A stretch of DNA of 63,564 nucleotides, filler included, from Collodictyon triciliatum (GCA_043381765.1; 19 parts of 19 records of this genome joined end to end with filler, not necessarily neighbours in it), one strand, 5' to 3'; shown: positions 23,624 to 37,866, numbered from the whole stretch's first letter. Notes: generated from the sequence alone by a model not told the origin. Translations and numbers: made by a program.

Positions 23624-24602
23624 GTTATTATTATTATTATTGTTATTATTATTATTATTGTTATTATTATTATTATTGTTATTATTATTATTGTTATTAT
23701 TATTATTGTTATTATTATTATTGTTATTATTGTTGTTANNNNNNNNNNNNNNNNNNNNNNNNNNNNNNNNNNNNNNNNNNNNTTAATTAATTAANNNNNN
23801 NNNNNNNNNNNNNNNNNNNNNNNNNNNNNNNNNNNNNNGCAGCCCCGCTGCTCGCTCCACCGGTCGCGTCCGGTAGTGCTCGTAGACCACATTCTCGTCG
23901 TCAAAGTGAGGCTTGGTTGCTATTCGTGTGGTTTTTGCGCAAAATCAAAGGGAAACGTGGTAATTCGAGCTTTTTCTTCTTGTTTTTCTTTTCAACCCTC
24001 TCGATCGCAAAAGAGCACCTTCGAGAACCAGCACAGGCACAGAAAGTGCTGCAGGTATTTCTCGAGAGTGGTAGGACGCCCGAACCACGGAAGATATCTT
24101 TGCCGTCGAGAGTGTTGTTCTTCGGCTTCGGAGAATTGCGAACCCAACGGAAACCAGAGAATGAATGAAGTCTTGGACAAAAATACCAGATTGAAGAAAC
24201 CAAATGACGAATTCTATCCACATTTGCATATAGGATTTTAGATTAAAATTATACAAAATGGAAATAATTCAGAAGAATAGACAAATGTGGGATATATATC
24301 ATGCTGACATTATAACCGCTTTGATACAGTATATATTGCATATAGATGATTCAATAAATGTACTTACACAATTTCCACTGATTCAATCATATCTCAGTCT
24401 AAACAAACTAGACCCAAGAGCTTAAGTGGATGTGTGGCAGAAGAGTTATTTCGCCTGCATCGACCTTTCCTTTTTCGACAATTCGTTTCTCTGTTATTGT
24501 GATAATGCAAACTCGATAGCAAATAATATACTAAACAGCCTCCAACACACACCAAAGAAAATCCCCAATATACAAACCCATAAACCCCACCCACGCACAC
24601 AG

Positions 24603-27031
24603 AATCTGCAGCCGCGCCCACTATCCGGTCCGACGGCTCTGTGTCATCCTCTGCTTCTGCTTCGCTCGTCTGTCCCACCTCAGAATGCGCTGCTGTTGTG
24701 CGACTTAACACGTCCTTCCCAATCTGTAAGTGCAGTGACCTTTTCCTTTTCCTTTTCCTTTACCTTTTCCTTTTCTATTTTCCTTTTCTGTTTTCCTTTT
24801 CTATTTTGGTTTTCCTTTTCCTTTTCCTTGTCGTTTAATTCAATTCAATTTTATTTTTATTTTTCTTTTTAATTCAATTTTCCTTTTATTATTTGTTCGT
24901 CGTCGTCTCATAACGAATATTTTTGTAGTCCGTTTGTCCTTCTAACCAGCTTAATTACGCTTCTGAATTGATATCTGAATTACATAAAATTATTCATATT
25001 TATGCTTTCCTTTCTGCATGTCGATCAATCTCGTCAATAAAATACAATTTTAAGATGTTTCATTCTATTGTTGTGATTAACACCGAATCGCTCATACGCA
25101 TGCAATCTTAGCCTCTCACTTTATTAAGCGCACATCAACACCCAGCCGACACTTATGCTTCAATTTAGCCCCACATTGTTTGGATTCGGGAATCGATAAT
25201 CCCGTTAGACAATATCAAAAACATATAAATCAATATATATATGATCAATTATCTACAACATAAATTAATTATCTATAATTCAACGTATATTCTAGAAGTT
25301 TTCTTCTTCTTTTTGGATTATGATTAGTCGTTTCAAATGTGTACCATTTCAAAGGACGTAATGCTGCTTTGTGATATACTCTGAACCCCAGATATACGTT
25401 TTTTATGCTTAATTATGTTATGTTATCTTATGAACATTTTCTCATTTTCTTATGTTGATTTAGGGGGTTTTTCATAGAAAACACATTGCCATACAAAATT
25501 TTGATTTCTTTTCTATTATTTTTATTGTTTACAAAGTTGATACAAAATCGCATCCCATTTCACGGGATTGTGGTGATGCATCCTTCATAACATTCGACCC
25601 AACCGGAACCTTTGTCGGACTGGCCGCTGATAATACATTTGACATCTTTCAAGTTTCCGTAGACCTTGTATTTATTTTTTTTAAAAAAAAATTGATTTAT
25701 TTATCCGTCAGAAAATTCTTTTTTTATTGGTATTGAATTCCTTGTTATATGTTTCTTATTTCAAAACTCAGGGAGTGAAAAGTCTTTATCTGTCTATATC
25801 TTCCTACAAATCAATCTAATTCATATTTTTAGACAAACAAGCATGTTATCCCTCTCAAAGGTCATAAACGAAGAATCACATGCGCTGCGTTTGGCGGCAA
25901 AAAGGACGAGTTTCTAGTGACCTGCAGCGAAGATAGAAGCTTCAAAGTATGGAATTTCCTTCAAAAACAGCTTGTTTACCAAAATGGTATTCTCTCCACA
26001 TCACCGTTGTTGTCCTTGGATACTGACCAAGAGAATGAGCGATTTGTGTTGGGTTTAGCTGACGGAAAGGTTTCATATATACACTGAGTTTTTCTGTTTG
26101 TTCTCTTATGCTTCTTTCAGACTTGATTAATAATAATAATAATAATCCTCTTTCAATCTCCATTCATAACTCTTTTATGCTTCTTTTATGTTTCATACTT
26201 CCCTCTCTTTGGATGAAATGCCAATCAACTCAACCACAATCATGCTATAGAATACAATTTTGTCAATATTCAAGTAGTTGGTATGGAGAATTCATAATGA
26301 AGGACTTTCATTTTGTGCATCTAGCTCATATTCTACAAGCTAGACCCAGCAACGGTCATGTAGGTCACTTTCTCTGTGAATTGAACTTACATGCATGATT
26401 TTCAGCCAAGCTTTCCAAAGAAATGGATGACCAAGCGGACTCCGGGCCTGCCGTGATATCGAGCGTTCCTCCCTGGAAACAAATGGTATAATCAATTCTT
26501 GCAGAGGAATATTCTTCCCCCAAACCCCGAGGTGGACTGTCCCATTCTTTCCCTTCATTTCCTTCCTTTCGGTGCAGACCAAACACCACACCATAACGGC
26601 GAAGATGAAAGTATTTTCGCTGTTGACCAGACTTTGTAATGTTCATATATATGTATGTGTGTGTATGTTCATATTTGAACTGGTCACAAATTCACTTTAC
26701 ATAAATGTTGTGTTCATTATTCCATCAAAATGCCACTTTCTATCTCGTCTTTTTTTTTTTTTTTAATGAGGTTTACTTCATCTTCCGCTCTTATGTATTT
26801 ATCTTCTTTTATTTTCAGACGATACTTAACCAAACTTGGAAACCAAAAACTGGTTGAAACAACCTTTGATCTTGTTCAAGTAGATTCCCAAACACAAGAG
26901 CCAGTATGGGTACTGAATTTTTTCGTTTATTTGGGGACATATGCTTCATGTCTATAGTATATTTTACTTTTTCTTTAAATAAAAAGAAAAGGAAGGAAGG
27001 ATCACCTCGAATTTTATTGGTTGTTTACAAG
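24603..27031 (+). CDS. WDR27: WDR27-like WD40 protein, N-terminal exons (partial; possible lesions near 25140-25330)
   Basis: LKGHKRRITCAAFG..FLVTCSEDRSFKVWN..LVYQNGILSTSPLLSLD..RFVLGLADGK closely follows the WDR27 N-terminal WD region. Confidence 0.65.
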
Positions 27032-27104
27032 GTGACCATGAAGCTTCTAATTCTCCTTTTCTTTCATATTTTTTTTGTTTTTTTTTTGTTTTTTTTGTTT
27101 TTTT

Positions 27105-27138
<34 letters not shown>

Positions 27139-28839
27139 NNNNNNNNNNNNNNNNNNNNNNNNNNNNNNNNNNNNNNNNNNNNTTAATTAATTAANNNNNN
27201 NNNNNNNNNNNNNNNNNNNNNNNNNNNNNNNNNNNNNNTTTGTTTGTTTGTTTGTTTGTTTGTTTGTTTGTTTGTTTGTTTGTTTGTTTGTTTTTGCCAT
27301 CACCGTCCCAGAAGCTGTGATCGGGGGCTGCACCTTCTATTCAAGTTGCTCAGTCTAAAAGCAAAGTATTTTGAATGAGTCAAAAAAAAAAAAGACAACC
27401 GGATTATTTGGATTGAATGGCCTTAAGAAGGAATAGGTTGTAAAAATTAGAGCTTTATTAAAAAAAAAGACACATGGTGAGAAATATCCAAACTACATGT
27501 GGAAACTCTAATTAATTTTGATTACTATGTTGTTGTAGATTTAAAGCTCACTCCTTGCGCCATAATGACAATGTATGTCTATTATAATAAGAATATTATA
27601 ATTCTTTGTATCATGGAATCAGGAGCTCCTCACTCGGGTGGCGACCGGATAAGACCCCATGCCACAGGCACACCAATGTCCACAATTTAAACCCACAATG
27701 TGCTATTCCCGATAAAATTAGTGCTTTGTAATGAGCAGACCCTTCGTCACAGAATTAGGTAGCAGTTGGTCGCAGCCTAAGCTCACGATTCCGTGCACAC
27801 ATACGAAATTCGTTTTCCAATCTTGGAAGAGAATTTGAACTGATGGAGAGGGTTATTGTCATACCCTTTGTACACGTGGGAAGGTCTGAGGTACCGTATC
27901 TACTCTAAGGGGGTGTGTCGCAGTTCTCTTCGGCATTCTGGAGACCGTAAATGGTCACTCCGTCGTCCCATCCTGCCAATGTCGCGCTCGCGCGGCATGC
28001 ACATCGACCTTGCTGTTTCGGCGGTTTGGGAAAGTGCCCACGTTCCGCGTGGCTGGCCAGGATAAATGTGGAAGTCGGAAGTTGAAACGCGGCTAGAAGG
28101 TACATGTCTTGCTCCTTACGCACAGTCCAATTTGTGAGGCGTGCCCTACTGCCATTCGTGGAAATAGGGTGCGTAACTCAATTCAGACTACTCTTGGTTG
28201 CGACCAACGGCTACTTTTTTGTTAAGGTTTCCTCCACAAGCATAAAATTGGAAGAGGGCAGTGTGAATAACGAGGAAGATCGAGAACATAACATGAATAT
28301 GTATACTGTACAGTCAATCAATTCATTATTTTAAAGACTTTGAATTATTCATTATTAAAAAATATCGATATATGAAAGTATATTCCAGATTTGATTACCA
28401 CGCGATCACAGAACACACCGAATCTCTCTTTTGATCATCAAAGTTGTCTGACAGCAGAATCGAAAAAAAAAATAAACCGAAAAAAAAAAAACAACTAAAA
28501 AAACTGGAGGAAAACGCGTTGGGCGAGCATGGGGCCAACGCATCTGGCTTAATATGTATTTCTACATATATCTTCGTTTGGTTGATTTTTCTTTCTCTTT
28601 TTCCCTTTGCCCATATCCGCTCTTGCGCAATGATCGGTCTTCCGCCTATCGTTTGTGGGTAAATTGGTTGATGTATCCACCAGAATGCATGGCCAGAAAA
28701 ACAAAGAGGCGGATAGAGCCAGAGAGTGGGTGACTTGATACAGTTCTTGTTTGGCAACCTCATGTACTTGTGTCACTCAATCCTTCCTTTTTTTTTTATT
28801 TCTTCTTTTTCCTGGAGTCATCCAGCAGAACAGTCACAA

Positions 28840-30245
28840 ATGAGTGAAGGAAAGCCTCGTCGGCGCAACCAAAGCGAAAATCTCATTCCTCAACGACCAA
28901 AGACAACGCCGTCCCGTTATGCTGAGGTATACGAGGATGCCAAGGGAAAAATAATATAAAATATAAAATATATTGAAAAAATGAAAAAAAATGAAAAAAA
29001 AAATGAAAAAAAAATGAAAAAAATGAAAAAACAATAGAAAAACAATAGAAAAACAATAGAAAAACAATAGAATATTTCTCCTGTAAAATGACATGGAATA
29101 AGTGACACAGATGATGGATCTAACCTCACAATCCGTATAAACGATTTCCCCCCTATTTTATTCGTTTAAGAATTTTCGTCTTGGAGTGATATGCATGTAT
29201 TTGTGTGAATTCAGGATAAGATTGAAAGCTATAAGGACGATGGTTGGGCCCCACCATACCGTTCCATCTTAATGGGTATTCTATCGCTCCGATTGTTCAG
29301 TGGAATGTTCAATATTATCACTGACTGTGACGAAGTATTTAACTATTGGGAGCCAACTCATTACCTACTATACGGTAGCGGTCTTCAAACATGGGAGTAC
29401 AGGTGAGCGATATTCTTTTATTTATTTGAGTATAACATTTAAAATCTTAGCTTGCACAGTAGTTTATTATGTATTCCCCCAATAAAAGTAATGCAACGTC
29501 GTTGAAAGAGATTTTTTTATGTAATGTATGTAATGTATGCAATGTATGCAATGTATGTAATGTATGTAATGTATGTAATGTATGTAATGTATGTAATGTA
29601 TGTAATGTATGTAATGTATGTAATGTATGTAATGTATGTAATGTATGTAATGTATGCAATGTATGCAATGTATGTAATGCATGTAATGTATGTAATGTAT
29701 GTAATGTATGTAATGTATGTAATGTATGTAATGTATGTAATGTATGTAATGTATGTAATGTATGTATGTATGTATGCATCAGTACTTGAACGATGGCAAT
29801 TCTTGTTTCAAACTATACCATCGATAGCGTAAATGGATAATGAGTGTCCTTCTCTGTCTCTTTCCTTTTTTTTTTTTATAAAAAAAACTCTAAGTCCTTC
29901 ATGTTAACAACTTTGAATGTCGCCTCGGGTTGCTTTCTGAATAGCCCAGAATACGGACTGCGGTCATATTTCTTTCTTCTACCTTATGTCATAATCGGGA
30001 AATTGAGCAGTATCTTTTACGACGACAAGGTAGCATGATTCATACAACTATTATAATTGTGATTATAATTACGACTACGATTCAGGTGAGGATATTCTTT
30101 TGCATTCGATTTGGCATGGCAGTTGCATCGGCTTTCTTTGAAGTGCATTTTGTGAAGAGCGTGGAAAGTCGTTTCGGCTCCCGAGTTGCTCTATATCTAA
30201 TGACCATTCTAATGCTGGCACCCGGGATGTTTATATCATCTACAG
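28840..30245 (+). CDS. ALG9: ALG9 alpha-1,2-mannosyltransferase (GT22), 5' part, truncated by the contig end
   Basis: ITDCDEVFNYWEPTHYLLYGSGLQTWEYSPEYGLRSY and APGMFISST. Confidence 0.93.
29517..29776. repeat. (ATGTAATGT)n 9-bp tandem repeat in an ALG9 intron
   Basis: Directly visible. Confidence 0.95.
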
Positions 30246-31305
30246 GTCTACTTTACTCTAGGAATTGCTGTAAAAAAAAAAAAAAGACTTTGTATTCCAT
30301 CACTCGATCATCGCTTTAGTCTATATGTTAAAAATACAATTTTTCTCTTGTGATGCTTTATTATACATACCATTTTTTATCGTGATTCTCTACTTTGATT
30401 TTCGACCCTTTTCTTCCTTATCTTGCAGTGGTGTTGTTGCAAATATGCAGCTTACCTCCCCGTCTGTTTTTCCTCACCGAACCCCCCCCCCCCCCCCCCC
30501 CCTCCCTAACGCTCCTTTTTTCTTTCCCGCCCCCACCCCNNNNNNNNNNNNNNNNNNNNNNNNNNNNNNNNNNNNNNNNNNNNTTAATTAATTAANNNNN
30601 NNNNNNNNNNNNNNNNNNNNNNNNNNNNNNNNNNNNNNNGAAAAGTTCGATGAGACTTGGTGACTTATATTGTATCGTATAATGTAGGAATGAGGCAAAA
30701 AACAATAAACTGAACAAGAATAGTCACGCTTTTCTCAAAGCCAAGAGCTGTTGATGACAGTCGTTTGGTGTATCTGTCTCAACCAAATGGAAGAAGCATT
30801 CTCTGCAGGCAGCCTGATTGTTTTTGGTCTCTTGATGGCCACTTTTTCCTGGTATCGACGTGTTAGCAAGATATTGGAATGAAGAACAAAAAGATAGAGA
30901 AAAATAGAAGAGAAAAAGTGAATGTATAGATGAAGAGACACGAAGATGTTTTCACTTACAGCAATAGCCTGCGGACATAACCATTGTCTTCTATTCTGTG
31001 CTTGGGAGAAGTTCATACTTTTTTTTCGCACGCAAATCAAGGAAGGCGCGCTGCAAGCATAATCCCTTTTGTTTTCAGCTGATCTACCGTTTTTTTTTTA
31101 AGAAAGGAAATTCTATTGAGCATTCACCTTTTGTTTTCCTTTTCCAATAGTTTTTTGGTTATTATTTTGTTGTATTTCTATGCTGTTTTGTTATGGCGTC
31201 AGTATAAACCACCGCACAATAGAACTCCTTATTGATTTCAAAGATATGTTTTTTGTTGGGCGAGCAGACTTTTCACAAAATAAAATACCCGTCCCAGCCA
31301 AAGTA

Positions 31306-32389
31306 ATGGTTGACTCCCAAAAGAGACGCTCTACGAAGGACATCATCCACACGGAATCTGTCCCCAAAGCGATCGGCCCTTAAAGGTATTGTACCATCCC
31401 AATACTTGCACAAGTTCTCTTTTGACTGAAGTACTTTTGCGCATAACAAAGTCGCATACTATTCTTAGCCAAGCGATCGCAGCAAAGGGCTTCCTCTTCG
31501 CCTCTGGACAAAGCGGAATGAATCCCTCGGTGGACACTTCACAACCAAGCAACTTATCGCTCTCTTGTTTATCAAATGCAGAAAGAAAAACTCATTGCAT
31601 AAAAGTGTTTCTCACAAACTCAACAAAATCCCTCGCTCAATAAGCCGAACTGAAAGAAAATATTTTTCATCATCGCAGAACACGGAGCTTGCAGCCGATG
31701 TCCAAAGCCCAAGCTCGCCAGGGCTTATCACAAACAATCAATTGCCCAAAGACATGGCTTTATGTTTTTTCAATATAGCTCCTCATCATGATAAAATACA
31801 ATTTGGGCTATCTGTGTGTGCGTATACTGTGCCGAGTCACTTTCACGCCACTCAACAGGCACTCAGCCTGGTTTGGAGAATATGAAGGTCATTCTGGAGA
31901 CTGGCAGATATCTCTTGCAAATGCTGTCAAAACCACTGTCCTTCTCCGTGAAACGAAAGAATTTGCAGTGATTAACAAAATCCCTGTTCCATATATAATC
32001 ATTCACTGGATAGATTATTGACACATGCCATCACCAGAAAAGCTTGAATCCAAATCTCATTCTTTACAGTCATTTCATGTATATCATTTATCGTGTATAG
32101 CCTATCTGATACCTTATTATTTTTCTACCGATGTATCTTGTGTTCTTGGGAATCAGGAATGGCAAAAACTTTACACAGCATAAAACTGCCATTCCTAATC
32201 TTCACCAAGAAACCTCCCGCTCGCGCCTGTTACGCAGCCATCGGTCTTTCTCGTGATGCCCATGTTGATATGGAATGCATCGCCGTCCTCAATCCCAAGG
32301 AAACACGATTGCATCGACCAATGGAAGAGCTAGCAAACACTCATACAAAAACCAGAATTAAAAAAAAAATAGAAAAATGTAAGATTTAG
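31306..32389 (+). pseudogene. ridA: RidA (YjgF/YER057c/UK114) family pseudogene with introns
   Basis: PKAIGP*SQAI (TAA at 31381 replaces the conserved Tyr), FLFASGQ, a frameshifted DV-AQARQ, LENMKVILE, a further frameshift, VKTTVLL, PPARACY and VDMECIA. Confidence 0.85.
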
Positions 32390-32799
32390 TGGCGTTGCAG
32401 ACGCACTTCCTCCCTTATCTAACGAATCTGAGTCCACCGAATAAGCTGTATTTCCATGAATCTTCAGTCTTTCCAGATCAAACGGATTTCTTCGATCAAG
32501 CAGAATCACAAGTAATCAAACAGGAAATCGCAGCAACTCACAAAGCAGGAAAGCCTGAGATGAAGCAGACTGAATCGTTGCATATCTGCTTTTCAAAGCA
32601 AGCGTGTTGTGAAGAGCCCCAAATAACAGCAGCATAAATACTCTCTTTACTGCGCAGTGAAATACGCTGGAGAAGAAACTGATGTCGACTGCGTGGCCAA
32701 CCTCGGGCTTTCCCAGCAACTGTTCGGGCCGATCGCTGGCAGCACACCGTGTTCTTTGAGGATCTCGTCGAAATCATGGAAAAGAGTAAGAACTGAATA

Positions 32800-33760
32800 T
32801 TTCCATTTCGTTTTTTCTTTATTCATTTCCCTCTTTTCTTTATTTGTTTCCTTTCTTCTTTGGTTCTATCTTTTTCCCTTTCGTTTTCCTTTTCGTTTTC
32901 CTTTTCGTTTACCTTTTCCTTTTCCTTTTCCTTTTCGTTTTCCTTTTCGTTTTCCTTTTCGTTTTCCTTTTCGTTTACCTTTTCGTTTTCCTTTTCCTTT
33001 TCGTTTTCCTTTTCCTTTTCGTTTTCGTTTTCGTTTTCGTTTTTCTTTTCGTTTTCTTTTTCTTTTTCTTTTTCCTTTTCTTTTTCCTTTTCTTTTTCCT
33101 TTTCCTTTTCCTTTTTCCTTTTCCTTTTCCTTTTCGTTTTCGTTTTTTTTTTCCTTTTCTTTTTCTTTTTCTTTTTCTTTTTCTTTTTCTTTTTCTTTTT
33201 CTTTTTCGTTTTCGCTTTACCTTTCCTTATACCTTTTCTTTTTCGTTTTCGTTTTCCTTTTCTTTTTCCTTTTCGTTTTCGTTTTCCTTTTCTTTTTCCT
33301 TTTCTCTTTACCTTTTCTTTTTCCTTTTCTTTTTCCTTTTCTTTTCCTTTTCTTTTTACTTTTCTTTTTACTTTTCATTTTTCTTTTCATCTTTCGTTTT
33401 GGTTTTCTTTTTTGTTTTCCTTTTCCTTTTCCTTTTTGTTTTCTTTGTGTTTTCTTTGTGTTTCTTTTCATTTTTCTTTTATCTTTCGGTTTGGTTATCT
33501 TTTCCTTTCATTTTCGTTTTCGTTTTCGTTTTCTTTCGTTTTTCCTTTTCCTTTTCCTTTTCGTTTTTTTTCGCTTTGCCATTTTCCGTTTTCGTTTTCG
33601 TTTTCGTTTTATTAGTTTTCTTTATTTGTTTTCGTTTTCTTTATGTTTCTTTTCATTTTTCTTTTCATTTTTCGTTTTGGTTTTCTTTTCCTTCCATTTT
33701 TCTTTTCACTTTAGGTTCCCTAGTTTTTTTCTTTGTTTCTTTATCTTTTCTTTTTATACG
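32800..33760. repeat. Approximately 1-kb pyrimidine-rich low-complexity tract (TTTTCS-like hexamers)
   Basis: Directly visible; it is the source of the spurious 424, 358 and 251 aa F-rich ORFs. Confidence 0.95.
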
Positions 33761-35120
33761 CAAAAAGCGTCGCTCCTTTCTTGCTTCATTATTAGTATAT
33801 TTATTGTCAAAGATCGACTATCTAAACCAGAGGAGTCATTCTACTCGCCCACAGGTCACATACCAGCTGTGCTTGGATTATCGCGTTGGTCTTCACACAT
33901 TTTTCTCATCTTGTGCATGAATCTTAATTAATTGATGCNNNNNNNNNNNNNNNNNNNNNNNNNNNNNNNNNNNNNNNNNNNNTTAATTAATTAANNNNNN
34001 NNNNNNNNNNNNNNNNNNNNNNNNNNNNNNNNNNNNNNGTTGTTCTGAGCGAAGAGACATGTTTGATGATAATACTCGAATATTTACCCATGTCATCCGC
34101 AACATTTTATTGGTTTTAGAGTCGGTGGTGGGTTTGCCGGAACTAAATCTCATGCAAGAATCCTACAAATGCGATTATTTATATTCTTTTACATGAATGG
34201 TCTCTTTTTTCCCCTTTTTCTTCTTTCTTTCTCTCTATTGGTGCGAATAGGTCTCTTGTTCGATGGAACTTGTTTTGTATAAGAAGGAAAAGTCTGGATG
34301 TCAGCATCTTTGGGATATCTGCAAGAAAGTTTATTTTGCCAATCCCAAACAGAAAGGAGTCTTTTTCTTCCTCTTCAAAAAAGAGGACTTTGTTACTCAT
34401 GATTCTGCCGAAGGTTTCATTCGCTTGCATTTAATTGTAAAGAATACGCCTTTTACAGGGATACAATACATCTTGCAGCTCTGTCCAAACTAGGCCGTTC
34501 AAGAAATATGCAGCTTGCTGATGTCATGTCTAACAAATGAATATACTTTAGGCGAGATAGGAAGGCGCAGTCTTTATAAAAGTAGCTTCATTTATTCCCT
34601 TTTTCTTCTGTTGATATAAGAGTCCGAGGTTGCAATCAGGATTCACCGATAAAAAAGTCACATCCTTTCGACAGTAGCTTCGGACTTCCATCACTCCGCG
34701 GTTCGCTGCTTTTTTTCTTTCCCAGAGATTAGTAGAGCAGAGAACTGGTTATGACTTTTCTCGAAGGTGTACAACACAGTCTTCGTTTTTCAAGAGGCGT
34801 TTGGTGGGCCGCATTACTTTATCGCAGTTTATCATGTTTGAATGGTTGAAGGAGAATCAGTTTCTCGAAGCGAGATTGATTACATAGGAAGATGAATGAT
34901 GCCGGGTTATTGCGCGTAATCAAGCTGGGATTTGTTGCAAAATGATATTATCAAATAATCACATAAAATATTCACATCCATTTTTACTATTCGGCATTTT
35001 CATAAATACACACAAATAACTGCGATAATCTGTTTAGTTTTTATTCAATCAGACTTTTCTCACTCTGCCTTTTCATCCTCCTTTGAGGATTTTTCTCCGT
35101 CATTCTCTCCAATCGCATTC

Positions 35121-37113
35121 TCATTCACTTTTGCCAAACATTTGGATGCGGTGATTTCTGTAGTCGCAAACATAGAGTTATCAATTCAGTCCAAAGCAGA
35201 TTCCCATCTGACGATAAAAGTGTCCATCATTTGATGAAGACTGCGGCGATGTGCCGTACGTGTGAAAAACGACATCGTCTTTTGTCATGTCATAAACGCG
35301 GATGTGATGATTATTCTATTCACTCACCACAATTGTGTTGTTCGGACCTTCTGCAATCGAAACACGACCCGGCACATTATTGATTCTGACAGTGCGCAGA
35401 AATCTCCCCATCACATAATAAATGTTGATTTTGTCACCGCCGCGTCCAATCACATACACTTCGCTCTTTTCAGTCACGCAAATGCCCTCCGGGGATGCGA
35501 TTCCTTCATCGCCAGAGGATGCTCTCGCAAACGAGCGTTCGTACTCAAACACACGGTTGAACTTGTCCACTTGATTCTTGCCATAGTTTGTAACATAAAG
35601 ATTGCCTTCGCTGTCAAAGCATGCATTATACGGACAGGAAAATCCACCAAAGCCACTGGATTCTGTGCTTTGTGCGCTTCTTTTGCGACCCGATTGGATT
35701 ATCTCAATCACGGTGAAGTTATCATCAAAGATTTGCACACGATGATTATTACTGTCGCAAACAGCGATGCATCCGTCAAGTGAAATGGCGATGCCTTTCG
35801 GATAGCTGAATTGACTTGGGCCTGAGCCATTCGTGCCAAGCGTGCGAGAAAAGCTCAAATCCTCATTTAGAACTTGAACTCGATGGTTGTCACAATTAAC
35901 TACGAACATCTGATTTGTCTTTGGATGTGCTGCGATTCCCCACGGATAAGAAAATTGTTGGGCTCCACTTCCATTTGACCCGTCCTTCTTCTGAAACACA
36001 TAGTCTTTGATGTTGTATTTCCACGCCTTCTGATACAAGTCTATACCGACTCTCTTCTTCAGTCCTTCGTCAATCTTCCTTTCTTCTTCCGCCTTTGCTA
36101 TTCGTTCCTTCATTGCACGATACTCCTGCACTTCGCTCTCCAACTGTTTCATGTGGTTGTCTCTCTCGTCCATGCGTCTCCGCCACTCGGCGTTTTCTCT
36201 TCGCAGCTCTCCCAAGTCAGACTCACACTTTGCATGTATTTCTTTTATGATGTATGCTCCATCTTCTCCTATCACAACATTCCCATTAAACTCAATGCTT
36301 GCTTTCATTTGCTGTACATCCAAAATACCGAGCTCCTCAGTTTCTACTTCCATGTCCGCTTCCATTTGAATAGCTTTACGAGCAAACACTGCGCTCTTGA
36401 AAAGCTTTGTCACGACTTTGTTGCGCACATATATCTCCTTGGACTCTCTGAGCATGGAAATGGAGTGCCTTAGAATGTTCTCTGATACTAACATTCGATG
36501 TTGCATGTATTCAATTTTGTTACTCACTGGCTGAAAAGTCAATTTCACCTGACAAATGTATATCTTTAAATGAGTTCATTTCATAGATTATTTGGGATTC
36601 CTTATAAAAATAATATTGAAATATATTTAAATAAAGAAGAAACTATAAATGCTAATTCGACATACAATTTCAATGAGCTTCTCCTTCAACTGGGCTGCCT
36701 TCTGGACAATATCATCGTATAGTTGATCTATTTTTGCACTTTGGTGTCGATCTTCATCAGTAATCTATCGTATTCGGTATGAAAAAAAGTCGAAGGCGTT
36801 TCATCAGTATCACGTGATTATGTTATACATAAAAAAACAAAAACAAAAACAAATGAAAGACCTTTTGCATTTGAGCATCGAGCTGTGATTTCATTTTGGC
36901 AACAGTGTCGATTTTCCTTTCCACTTCCTCAATCAAGGCATCCTCTTTGATTGCACCGTACTCAATGTCCTCAACTTTAATGTACTCATGTGTTTTAGTA
37001 GTTACATAATCTTCAAAACCACACCTATCACACATTTCTGTGACGGGCCAACATCGCTGTCCAACTGAGACAATTGGAAGCTTATGCAGAATACATTCGC
37101 GCAAATTTACCAT
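35121..37113 (-). pseudogene. TRIM/NHL-type protein (B-box-like Cys/His region, coiled coil, NHL repeats); last repeats interrupted by stops
   Basis: FSYPWGIAA..VVNCDNHRVQV and FSYPKGIAI..VCDSNNHRVQIF. NHL-like sequence continues past TAG 35316 and TGA-TAA 35178-35183 to LYVCDYRNHRIQMF. Confidence 0.75.
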
Positions 37114-37437
37114 ATGAATGTCTCCAGCCTCAAGCAGTGTTCTATTCGAGAAAAATATTTGCTTAATTACGATGAAGTGAAAAATAATATGTAAGATAAA
37201 GAAGATAAAGAAGATAAAGAAGATAATGAAAATAAAGAAAATAAAGAAAATAATAATAATAATAATAATAATAAATAATAATAATAAATAATAATAATAA
37301 ATAATAATAATAAATAATAATAATAAATAATAAATAANNNNNNNNNNNNNNNNNNNNNNNNNNNNNNNNNNNNNNNNNNNNTTAATTAATTAANNNNNNN
37401 NNNNNNNNNNNNNNNNNNNNNNNNNNNNNNNNNNNNN

Positions 37438-37866
37438 GGACAGTCACAAGGGGACATATGCTGTGGTCCTTATGGAGTGTGCGTGCATTCTCTCGCTCTA
37501 ATGATTCACCCGAACGAGAAATCAATGTAGCCAGGCTGGAAAGCTTCGTGCAATACAGCTTCCTGAACAGCCTGCTGAAACACGCCCGCATTCTTCGCTA
37601 CCCTGACCGCAAGCGAAGAGAGGTGTGGGAATGTGTCGTGCGATATCTCCCACAGCACATCCAACCCCTTCCACCCACGCAACCAATCAACCAGTTGGGT
37701 CGCCCACCTGACCAACTTGCTATCACTGATTTCTTTCCAGTGCTAGCCTCTCCACGGTAGTGTCTTCTCCTACTCGCGCTTGCTCTCTCCCATGCGCTCC
37801 CATCTCGCCCCTTTGTATGGCATAACCTCGCTGCACTTTGAATCGAATAAAGGAAAATAAAAATAA
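37438..37866 (+). mobile_element. 3' end of a probable non-LTR retrotransposon (ORF C-terminus, 3' UTR, AATAAA, A-rich tail)
   Basis: ORF tail MLWSLWSVR..., then ...gcactttgaatcgaataaaggaaaataaaaat. A diverged second copy lies at 60560-60960, and its terminal 20 nt recur as TSD-flanked inserts. No RT domain is visible because of the contig edge. Confidence 0.65.

Noticed and set aside
32657-33931. 424-aa Phe-rich ORF and overlapping ORFs
   Set aside because: These are translations of a pyrimidine-rich simple repeat; the same applies to the poly-L, CNV, MYVC and DK ORFs elsewhere.
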